From: Azolla caroliniana
Lineage: Eukaryota; Plantae; Polypodiophyta
Length of the DNA stretch: 64,000 nucleotides
Assembly (NCBI GenBank): GCA_043228905.1
Contig: JBHGNT010000005.1
Coordinates: 24,118,001-24,182,000, forward strand
Direction of reading: 5' to 3'
In this document: positions 1 through 11,030 of the stretch, piece after piece
Layout of the letters: each line of letters starts with the position of its first letter
Position numbering within the stretch: the stretch's first letter is position 1
The notes under the pieces: generated by a model
Told to the model about the DNA's origin: nothing
What the model saw: the letters and a program-made list of their open reading frames with translations, nothing else
Database searches by the model: none
Program-made: the position numbers and the translations under genes

Positions 1-1918
1 TCAGTGCCATAGCCGGATGCTCTGATACTTAGAACACTTCGTGACTCCATTACATGTTGTTGTACACCGTGTACCCTTTCAATGGCCCAAACAAGAAGAA
101 AGAGCATATCAAGCATTAAAGGTGATGTTGTCACAAACTCCGGTGGTGCAACGTCCAGATTGGAGGAAAGATTATCATGTGTTCATGGATGCTTCGGACA
201 TAGCAATCGGGAGTGTTCTCATGCAACTTACCGAACCAAAGTGGTACCATCCAGTTTATTATGCAAGCCGAACAGAATTTCTCATGCAACTTACGGAACC
301 AAAGTGGTACCGGCCGATGTACTCTCCATAGCCGAACAGAATTTCTCGAGAATGGAGAGAGAAGCCCTAGGGATGATCTACAATGTCACCAAGTACCGCC
401 ATTATCTATTAGGACGCAAGTTTTCATTCCATGTGGACCACTCAACACTAATATATTTGGTATCCAAGGCGTCATTAACTGACAAATTAGCAAGCTGGAC
501 ACTACTAATGCAGGAGTTCGAGTTCGAGATATATCACCGACTAGGAGGACAACACACGGTGGCAGACTACTTGAGCTGAATGGAATCCGGAGAAGTAGGG
601 GATGGAGTTCAAGATGAGTTCCCAGATGCCGAGCTATTCAAGGTTACCGCGGAAACGGTGGTGGATGAGATAGTGGCCGGTGAGGATAAATGGCTCACCG
701 ATATGCATTAGTGATGAGTACCGGACTACCTCCAAAAGAGCTGAGCCGGGATGAACGGAAATGCCTGGCAGTCCAAAGTCGCCATTTTTGTTTGATACAA
801 GATACATTATACCACAAGGGAGCCGACAACATCTGGTGGCGCGCAGTACAAAGCAATGATAAGTAAGCGATCTTACGAGAAGCCTATTGCGGAGTAGCCG
901 GTGGGCATTATGCCTATGACACCATTGCCCGGAAAATTTGGAGAAGTGGGTTATGGTGGCCGACAAACCTCAAGCGTCCAATATTGTAAAGATTGTGATC
1001 TCTGCCAACAGTTGGGCCAACCAACAGAATAGGCCTGGATGCCCCATCAACCGGTGTTGCCATTAGAACCGTTCCAAAAGTGAGGGTTAGACTTCGTAGG
1101 ACCATTTAAGCCACCGAGAATGCGCACAGGAAACCGGCACATCATTGTAGCCAAGTGTTGACTATTGTACAAAATGGGTGGAAGCAAAAGCGGTCCCGGA
1201 CAACACCGCAACATCGACGACGAAATTTCTGTATGAGTATATATGGTGCCGATTGAGCTGTTCAACAACCAGGGAGGACATTTCCTTGGTCACGTTGTGG
1301 AAATTCTAACAACGTTCTATGTGGTAGTTCATAAATGTAGTACGCCATACTACCCGCAAGCGAATGAATTGGCGGAATCAATGAACAAGACGCTCCAGAA
1401 CATTCTCTGGAAAATCGTAAGTGAAAACCGGACGGACTGGGACACCAAATTACACAACATGTTTTGGGCTGATCGGATGACGTATAAAACGAGTATCCGG
1501 ACGACACCATTCCAATTGGCATTCGGGCTAGAGGCTGTCATGCCTATGGAGTTCCAGATTCCCAGCTTATGAATCTAGGTTCGGGAGCGATTGAGTGAAA
1601 AGGAGTCTGAAAAGATCTGGTTGGCGACACTTTGTGAATTAGAGGAACATCGGATAGCTAGCATGTTGCAATTAGAGCTAGAGCAAAGGTGACGAAAAGC
1701 CTTCGTGGACCAACATAGGTGCGGCAATGAGAAGGATTTTGGCATCGGAAGATCGGTAATGGTATTCCTGACCTGGATGGGTAGCATGCCGGGGAAGCTG
1801 CAGTTCCGGTGGACCGAACCATTCTAGATTACAAAAGAGTTCCACGGGTCTTACCAACTTGGCACACTGGCCGGCAAGATACTGAAGAAATGGGTTAACG
1901 GGTTTTGGCTAGAACCAT
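1..1918 (+). pseudogene. Degraded Ty3/gypsy pol (RNase H-integrase), close relative of element A
   Basis: HVFMDASDIAIGSVLMQ, EREALGMIY..KYRHYLLGRKF, TPYYPQAN.LAES and TPFQLAFGLEAVMP are near-identical to motifs at 21200-23200. Many stops/frameshifts. Cut in the integrase C-terminus by an LTR starting at 1919. Internal ~63-bp tandem duplication at ~218-345. Confidence 0.9.
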
Positions 1919-2484
1919 TGTCGTGAAGAAAACCGGGCATAGGCGGAATCAGAGAAAAAGGCGCATGAACCGGCTCTTACATGGATGGGCGCATGAATTG
2001 ATATTTTGATATTGGATCAACTGATGTAAATACTAGGTAGTGCACATTTATTAGGAGGGATTGTGCGTATCTCTGTTAGAAGGGACAAGGAATAAAGAGA
2101 TTTGACTAGGGAAAGGGGGCACCTCTTTTGGGGGGGACTATAAAAGGAGAGGAGGGAAGGAGAAAGAGGGGGGTGTGCGTTGGCGAGGACAAAGTGTTGC
2201 TGCAGAACCGAGGACCGAGCTCTCTCTCCTCCGATCGTTGTTCTCTACAGGTGTCGGGAGTTCGCTGCCTCTGCTTCGTGGACAGCCCATGTGCTTCCAG
2301 CAGAGTCTCTCTCTCCCCTTTTACCCTTTTGTTTCTTCGAGTTGTGTGGCTGTCGTCGGTGTGCGTGAGTAGGACCCCGTGTCAGGTCCATTACCGGGTT
2401 GCCGGTTGTAACTGTTCGAGTTGTAAGCTATTGACTATAGTAATCGGATTCCTGTTTTCTTGCTCTTAATCTCTTCTTGTGAGC

Positions 2485-2539
<55 letters not shown>

Positions 2540-3270
2540 TGGTCCAAGACCCCCGTGGTCCTGCCTCTTCCTACACGCGAACGCGAAACTTCGCGACATC
2601 TTTGGTGAACCTGATGTGAACAGGCGGCGAAGGAGTCGAAAGATGAGGGGATCGGAGCTAGCGGAGGCAATGGCGGTAGCCGTCGACCGGCTGGTAAGCG
2701 CTCGTGAGGGGACGGGTACCCTCGACAGAGCCGTTGAATCGATCGTCGACACTATAGGCCGGTTCGGAGGGATAGACGCCACAAGTTATTTGGAGGCTTA
2801 CTGGGCCGAAATGATCATGAGGGATATCCCGGTGGACAGGCAGCTGTCCGGATTCCCTCGGGTGGTGACGCCGAGCATCCACGCGGAGGTGCTCAAGGTG
2901 CTGGCCGGATGCCAGACTTGGGAGGAGTTCGAGTTGTAGCTCCCAAGAAGTACGGGTTTGACGACTCGCTTCGGTTGTCGAGGCGGGACTTCATGGCGTG
3001 GGTGGAAAGCCCCGGAAAAGGGAGGAACACGTCGACGCTCCTCCAGGAGTTCGAAAAACAGTTCGTGCGGCTGTCGACGCTAGACCGGACCGTGCTCGAA
3101 ACGAGTCTAGTACTACTTTTTGTCAAGTCGGTGGACGCGCTCGACAGGGAAAAGGTGGGTCCCCTATTGGAAATGGACAAAGGGCTCACGACAGACTGGG
3201 CCGTGGTAAGACGGGACTGCAACCGCTTCGACAAACGGCGCGATTGGAGCGACGGAGGCACATCGGGGTC
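1919..3270 (+). mobile_element. Family B LTR retrotransposon copy B1 (5' LTR 1919-2598, PBS, truncated gag)
   Basis: TGTCGTGAAG...TTCGCGACA termini; TATAAAA ~2139; (CT)n 2490-2537; PBS at 2603; gag-like ORF pieces 2643-3270 (GRFGGIDATSYLEAY...LLFVKSVD). Confidence 0.85.
2603..2620 (+). promoter_or_regulatory. Primer-binding site, tRNA-Trp type (B1)
   Basis: TGGTGAACCTGATGTGAA, 4 nt after the LTR end. Differs by two C>T changes from the complement of the plant tRNA-Trp 3' end (TGGTGAACCCGACGTGAA, recalled). Confidence 0.75.
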
Positions 3271-5663
3271 AGTCTGGAATGTTACACTAGACCTCGCCTT
3301 TAAGGAACTCAAGGACCTGGTGTGCAAGGCTCCTTCACTTCTTTTACCCGATCCTTCAAAACTTTTTAGGTTGAAACCGATGCAAGCGATTATGCTATAG
3401 ATGTTGTCCTATATCAAGATGGTAAACCAATAGCATTCAAGAGTAAGAAACTTGATTCTACTCAATGTCGGTATACCGTTCAAGAAAAGGAATTATTTGC
3501 AATTATACATGCGCTCAAAACATGGCGCCATTATCTTTATGGAAATCGCTTTGTGGTAACTACGGACCACGAGTCCTTAAAATATTTTTGTGACCAACAA
3601 GACCTGAAAGGTCGTAAGGCACGATGGGCTGATCTCATCCAGGACTTTGATTTTTCCATACAATATCGTAAAGGTTCCATGTACACTGTCGCTGATACAC
3701 TAAGTCGCATCCGTGAAGTTAACATGCTTAGCTTCACTGAAATAACATCATATCTTTATGATCACCTTCGAGGAAAGTATCTTGATGACAGTTATTTTGT
3801 GAAATACTGGGTAAGAGTTGAGTCTGGAACAAACACCACCACATCCTCGAAGAAATACTTCCACATTGCTAACAGTCTGCTCTACCGTAATGGGAAGGTT
3901 TGTGTTCTAGATTTGCCTGAGGTCAAAAAGAGAATTCTTTTTGAATGCCATGATGCACCCTCATCAGGGCACCCTGGAATACATTGTACAGTCGTTCTCA
4001 TCTCCACTCAATTCTATTGGCCTAAGATGCGTCTTGACATACATAGCTATGTGACTAAATGTCACCAATGTCAGCTTAACAAAGTCGAGCGACTCAAAGC
4101 CGCAGAACTTTTACATCCCTTGGACATTCCCAATAATAAGTGGGAAAGTATATCCATGGATTTTATTGTTAGCCTTCCTCGCACCCAAAAAGGCCATGAT
4201 ACCATCTGGGTTGTGGTTGATAGACTAACTAAAATGACTAGATTTATTGCTAATAAAACCACGATAACAGCTCCTGAATTGGCTTACCAATTCGTTAACG
4301 AGTTATTTCGTTTTTATGGGTTACCGATGGATATCGTGAGTGATCGAGATCCAAATTTTACTAATGACTTCTGGATGCAAGTCTTCAAGAAGTTAGAAAC
4401 TACATTGAGCATGAGCTCCACGGATCATCCTCAATCCGATGGAGAAACTGAATGAGTAAGTCAAATTATTGAGGACATGCTTCGAGCACATGTTGGTCCA
4501 AAGCCAACAAAATGGGAATGTTATCTCCCAATTTTGGATTTTTCTTATAACAATTTCAAGCATACGTCGACGGGATATAGTCCTTTTATGTTGATGTATG
4601 GTTTTCAGCCACGAGCCCCAATTGATGTTAATATACATCACGATGAGTTGCGAAGTACACAAAACTTTCTTCGGGATATGCAAGATATGTTGCATATTGC
4701 AGGAGATAATATAAAAACAACTCAAGATAGAGCGCGTTTTTATGTCGATCATCATAGGCAACCTCGTGTATTCAACACTGGATAAAAGGTATTTTTATGT
4801 GTACCTCACAATTCTAAGACATTGTCTAAGGGTAAGTGTGCTAAGTTAGCCCCACAGTTTTGTGAACCTTTTACAGTCCTCAAACGCATTGGGTAATCAG
4901 TCTATCGTCTCGCTCTTCCTGATGGTGTTGAAATTCATCCAGTTTTTCATGTGAGTCATCTAAAAGAACTTCTAGGTTTAGGCAACAATACAGTTACAAC
5001 TGAAACTCTGGTTACTTCTGAAGAATTATCTTCCAAACCACATGTACCAGAAAGAATTCTCAATGTTAAAACAAAGAAATCCGAGAATTTAAAATAAAAT
5101 GGATGGATAAATCAATAAAAGATGCCACATGGGAACGCGAAAATTCTCTCAGAACTAACTTCCCTAACTTTCCATTGGAAGAGTGCAATGTTTTAAAGAG
5201 GGGGAGTATGTTGCGGGCACGACCATATAATATCCCGTGGTGAGAATTTACCGTAGTATTCTATACACGTGGATAAGTGTGAGGGTTAAACGAGAGTGTA
5301 AAGAAGGGGAAGATTACTTTTAATCCTCGGGATTGAGACAACCCATTAGGCCAAGTGTGAACTTGCCTGGGGGCCTTAGGTATCGCTATAAATAAGAGGC
5401 CTAACTACCCTCATTTTATCATCTTTTGACTACGTCAAGACTCTGTTCTTGTGGTGGGTCAACTCTTGTAGCAAGCGCACCAACACCAGGTACAACTCGA
5501 CGCCACGGTGGTGGTACAGGACGCCGATCGAGGCTCGAGTCCATCTCGATCCCTTCGCTCGGGGGTGGTCGGGTGGATCGGCACCCTTCTTTCTCTCTCT
5601 CCTTTCTATCTAGATCTATCTTTTATCCTTATTTTATGCTTACATTAGTTTATGTCTCTAACA
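3271..5663 (+). mobile_element. Chromovirus D1, 3' half: RNase H, integrase, chromodomain, PPT, 3' LTR (5209-5663)
   Basis: TDHESLKY..KGRKARW; HHCC (HD..SGH..C..C); WESISMDFI; VSDRDP.F; HPQSDG; chromodomain PERIL.VK...KW...ATWERE; PPT AGAGGGGGAG then TGTTG...TAACA. LTR homologous to 46757-47184. Confidence 0.9.
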
Positions 5664-7124
5664 CCCGTCAATCAAGCTCTACTTCCTCTCCCTTGTCTTC
5701 CGTCCCTCGGGCCGGTTTTAGTCGAACGATCCACATCCGGATCGTGCTCCATCCGAATCTGGATGTCGACCAGTTCGATCCCCGGTTGGGTTGACTTCCG
5801 ATTCCGCTCCCTTCGGCGCCGCCTCTCATTTCCTTCTTCTTCTCTACCGCGGGTCTGTCCTCAACCTCCTCGCAAGCTGTTTCCCATCCATCTTCATTGG
5901 CATCATGCCGGGACTCCTTGATGGCGCCTTCCATCTCTTAGGTCTTATGTCCGCACACGGGCTCGATTGTTGGAGTCTCTGGATTCCGCGTGGAGGGCTC
6001 TTCTCCAGTCCTGACCTCCTCCTCGGCCATCCTTTTTCCGCAAGTCGAGAGGGCGTCTTGCTCCACACCCTCTCCTGTGGTACCGTCGTACCATTCTTCA
6101 GCCTCTGCTTGGGCCATGTCTGCCTTGTCCGGAAGGCCGACTAGTTCTGAGTTTCTGGAATCTGTCCGCGTGACAGATCTCTCTTCTTTGTCGACCATCT
6201 CCTTTAGAGCCTCGTATGCTTCTTGGACCAAGGCTTCGACATCGAGCTTCGTCGATCCTTCTTGTTTTGTGCCCACTTCCTGTCGTGATGATGCATTGTC
6301 TCGCATTATCTTCCCTTTACCTTTCGCGGACCGCTCCTCATCCAACCGTCGGCATACTCATTCGACTTCTGACCAGTCCTCGATAAGGCCATTCGCTCCG
6401 TTGTCGTCTTTGAGCTCAATTCTGATGACCTCCCGTTCCACTCGGTCGATCGACCTAACGAACAATAAGACTTTGTCCACCCCCACCAAACTTTGTTCCC
6501 GCTCCGAGAGCCGAGGAAGCCACCGCTCGAACTCTCGGAACACCTTCGTTGTGCCCCGGTGGGTCTTTGCCGATGCAACCCACTAGTCGAAGTCGTGCCG
6601 TCCTCAGCTCTTCAGCCATCCTCCGTATGCCTGTAGGAGTGCCTCTTCGAAGGCCTCCGCTGAACTATGAGCTTCTCAGAGTTCCTTTACTTCCGCGTGC
6701 ATACGGACAACGACAACCCATCAGAAGAACTCCAGCATCAATGCCTCGTCTATGCCTCGCACCTCCATTTCCGCATTGTAGGCTTCCAAGTAGAATGGGA
6801 CTTTGTCCCTGTTGAAACGGCCGACTCTTTTGACCACTCACTCAATAGCTTGATGCGTCGCTTCTCGTCTCATTGTCACTCGTCCGAACTCCATCACCAC
6901 TTCGGCCACCATCTCTGCGAAGTATTCGTCTTCCAACTCCATCCTCCCTTGCCACCATTTCACGTTGCATTCACCAAAGATGTCGCGGTAATCCACGAGT
7001 ACATGTCGAAAGGGGCGGGACCACGGGGGTCTCGGACGAGGAAGAGATGGATGCCGGGAGACCGACTCTCTCCGGTCCGAGCTGCACTGGCTGTGGTGCA
7101 ACCCAGAGCTACCAAACACGAGAG

Positions 7125-7175
<51 letters not shown>

Positions 7176-7804
7176 GAAAGAAAGAAAGCATGCGCGCAAC
7201 ACCAACTCAACACGCGCCTCTTATGTAGAGGAAATGAAAAGAAAGAAACACACACGACACCAACAGAGACACAAATATGCACAACCTTTTATATGTGTAT
7301 TTACAAGACAACATGATACATCTCCGGTTCCGAGCCAAACCTAGGTAGATCAGGTTACGTCAACTGTCTGCTGCCAAGCCGCCGGTCGGGGAGCTCTTGC
7401 GCTCGTCATGCCGAACGGGGACTTGCACATGAGATAGAGCAAAAACGAGACCACTAGTACATGTGGGGTCCCGAGCAAACTAAACCCTAAACAGACATGA
7501 AGAAGATCTAAAAGAAACCCTAAAGTAAGGAGAAGAGATAATTAACACACCTTGACCTAAGTGGTATATATCTCTACAAGGGATCCTCCCTTCCTTTTAT
7601 AGCACAAGGAGGGAGGTGCGTAACAATGTGGGATAAATCCCGTATTACATGCCAAGATTCTCTATCCCAACTTAACTCCTATTCGGCGCCATAAAGGCGC
7701 CCCTATTATTTTGCACATATACACAAGGGTGGTGCCCAGGCCGCACCCCGCCGATATTCCCAATAGGCCCAGTTTTCTCACTATAGCCGTGACTCTTCAC
7801 AACA
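5664..7804 (-). mobile_element. Family B copy B2 (5' LTR 7804-6981, Trp-like PBS 6976-6959, degraded gag)
   Basis: Minus-strand LTR TGTTGTGAAG...CCGCGACA followed by TCTTTGGTGAATGCAACGTGA. Gag REFERWLPRLS..DKVLLFVRSID is homologous to B1. LTR is homologous to 29069-29894. Confidence 0.85.
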
Positions 7805-7809
7805 ATGTC

Positions 7810-10462
7810 GAACCCAAAAGTTGCAGAAAATTGAAAGTGAAACATGCTCTGTTACGGTTATTCTTCTTCCAAAATGGCGAGGATGCCCTCGGGGTGTGGT
7901 TGTGTTAGTGTTTGGCGGTGGCTCCTCTTTTGTGAGCTTGTTTGCGTGCAACTTAGCTAATATATCCAATGGTTGGTCTTGAGTCTTCTTCATGGATTCT
8001 GGAATTTTTTCCTCCAAATGTGGTTTAGTGATCCGTGTGTTCACTTGCTCGGTTTCTACTCTCAGTTGTGGTTCCTCTTCTTCTGGAGGTGTTGGTGTGG
8101 CTTCCTTGATTACATTGGTCGTTGATGCGTGTGCAGTGACTTCTTCTTCTTCCTTTACAGCTAGGAGTCGTTATCGTTCATAGGCTGCCACATCATTAAA
8201 TTGTCATTGAATACCTCAAGGAGGTATCTGATCACTATGGTGTGCGTTTGTACCGGGGCATGGAATTCCTCGATGAGGTCTTCGCGAAGGTATTCGATCA
8301 CTATGGTGTGCGATTGTATCGGGGCTTGGAATTCATTTGTGTATGCATGTCGTAGTGTCGGAGAAGTCGATCCGAATTATTGGCTAATTCTTGCCTATAA
8401 TGGTTTTGTTGTCGTTCAAGTTCGAGGGTCGTAGTCTAAGAGATGTTTAGCTGGCGAAGGGATTCCGTCAACGCCGCTCGCTGCTTCTTGGTTTCTTTTA
8501 ACTTCTGAAGGAACCGACTTGAGCTAAGTTGGAGTTCTGAAAGTTCACTTCTCAAGGAGTCCCTTTTGGCGGAGTGTTGGCAAGATGCTCGTTGCTGTTC
8601 TTTCTCCGCTTCTTCTAATTTTGTTGCGACGAGGTCCTGCCCAACTTTAAGAGTTGCGGCAGCATTTTGTTCTGTTGTCCGAAGTTGGGTCGTTCGGGCG
8701 TCAAGCAACTATTGGAGGTCGGCTTCACATTTTGCTGCTTGTTCCTTCAGATGATCGATTTCGGCTTTAGCCGTCTCATACGCTCCTTGGCCTTCTCCGC
8801 CATCCCCGTTTGGACCGTGAGATCCTCTTTGTAGTTGCGGTTTGGGCCTTCTACGGTAACCAAGTTAGTGGGCTCGTTGGTTTGTGTGGATGCCTCCATA
8901 AGCGCCGGGGGTGGGGGGGTGGTGGGGGGGGGGGTCGTATCCGTTTGGATCGATGCATCGACGGGATTGGACATCAAGGGTGGTCCGGTGAGGAGGTTGG
9001 TTTCACCTCTTTCGTGGAGCCGTTGTTGAAGCTCAGTCAAGCAATTCTCGGAAGCTCCCCTTAACTTTGTGGCCATTTTTGCTTGTTTATGCTCCTGTTT
9101 GTTGCTAACTGTCATATCTTTGGCCGCGGGGGTAGTTTTTGCCAATTCGCGATAAACTTCAACCAACGTCGTGTTAAGCTCCAGTAGCTCGATGTGTGTG
9201 CGACATTTTTTGATGGTGCGCTGTCGGCCGACTTTTTGTAACTTTGGATCATCATCCGATTCAAGCTCGTTTACCAACGCTCGCTCGACCATTTGTTGCT
9301 TAGCGTGATCCTAAGCCATTCGGGATGTAGCCACACCCTTGAGGTGAGCAAGGAAATCTATAAGCTTCCGAGCTCATAAGATTCCGTCGGCAAGTCCTTG
9401 AAGGTCAGAACTTTCTCCTCCGAGAATCGGGAATGTTTCCCTTCCTCGATATGTTCGGTTAGGGCCAAAGTTTTATCGATAATGATCGTGACTACCTTAT
9501 CCGGCACTACGACCAACTGTCGGTCTTCGGTCGAGCAGTCCTTGGTACTCTGTTCTTCGCTCCGGCGATGGAGCTGGTAGCGCTTCTTGGCAAGGCTCGT
9601 CTTTGGTGCCGCGATTTTGTCATGAGGCCGCTTTGTTTGTTGTACCGTTGACCAACTACTATCTGTCGTAGTCTTCCGTGTGTCTTCCTGGTGTTCGGGT
9701 TGCAGACTAGGCAAGGGTCGTGAGGAAGATACGATTGGTGCAGAGGGTTTTGGTTTTTTGCTCCCCCAAATGGTGATGTTGTCTGTGGTGTCCTGGGTTT
9801 TTGGCTCAGGCCTCGGCCGTGGTGAGGTAGGGGTGCGGACAAGTGTATCATCTTTCCATTCTTCCTGAGCTAGTTGTATAGTTCGTTGCTTTTTCGCTTG
9901 GCTGGTTGGGGTGGGGAGAACAAAGGGTCGGCAAGGTGTTGCCATGGTTTGCAGGAGGGTAAAGCACGGTTAAGTGATGTGCTAAGGCGGGCAAGAATCG
10001 TTTACATGTTTGAAAAGCTGATATTGCGGCATAAATTTCTTCCCCAATTATGATGCCCAAATCGATGGCGCCACCTCGGTATGTCGTGATGATGAGGCCG
10101 ACCTTCTTCTTGGGCATGTTGTACATGTTTGCATGTACATAGAAGAATTCAAGGAGGAAATGGGCCAGATTACCGAAAAACTCATTGGGCCCCCCATGTG
10201 TGCAATGGGCTTTTGCGGACGTCGAGTACTCCCCAAAATTTTGTTCCAAGATATGCTGAGGTGGAGACTCGATTTCATGTTCTCCCCCTCATTGTAGTCC
10301 CAACACTAATCAGATGTGGTTGTTGGTGATGGTGTCGGGATGTACCCTGCGTGCTACTGACTGTGCCTCAAGACGGGGAGCTGTGTCGGGTACGTGGTTG
10401 TAACCTCCTAAGCCATGTCTGGTTAACCAAGCGCGGAGCTCCTTGGATACTTCGATTGGCAT
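7810..10462 (-). pseudogene. Extra (post-integrase) ORF of element E, degraded
   Basis: MPIEVSKELRAWLTRHGLGGY...FGEYSTSAKAH...MPKKKVGLIITTYRGGAIDLGIII...LTVLYPP, then Pro/Thr-rich and coiled-coil parts. Homologous to the ORFs starting at 13678 and 20829. Confidence 0.8.
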
Positions 10463-11030
10463 GGTTGTTCTAGGAGAAAGACAGGAAGAGTGGTGATGTA
10501 AGTAAGGAGCTTCTTGGTAGAGAGTCTGAGAGTTGTTACCAGTTAGGAACACGGTCCACCCTCAGTCCTCCTGGGTAACAAGGTGATCATGGTGCAAGGG
10601 AATAGGGATGCGTAGTGCGTGATTTATAAGATGTAAGGGGAAGACGGCTACAAACTAACCTCAGTAGGGGCGTAGCACCCAAAGCGTACTTACCTTGTGT
10701 TTACGGCAACACAGTCTTGTACAGAGAACGAGACACGGAAATTAGAGACCACTAGACCAATAGACAGAATACTAAGATCAGAGAAGATAAAACTATATTA
10801 AACCGGCGCTCTCAAAATACGCTAGCTTTTTACAATGGTCTCTCGTCCTTTATATACACAGGGCTTTTAATTGGTTACGCTCCCTGCATACAACCGTTAC
10901 ACGCATTACTTTAACGCTCCTAATATAATACTCTATTCTCCATGCGTTATGTTCGGCGGTTACAATTCCGGCGGACAACACCTAGCACGCTTGTGGAACA
11001 GTGCCATGGCACGTCGAACCAATCCACTTC

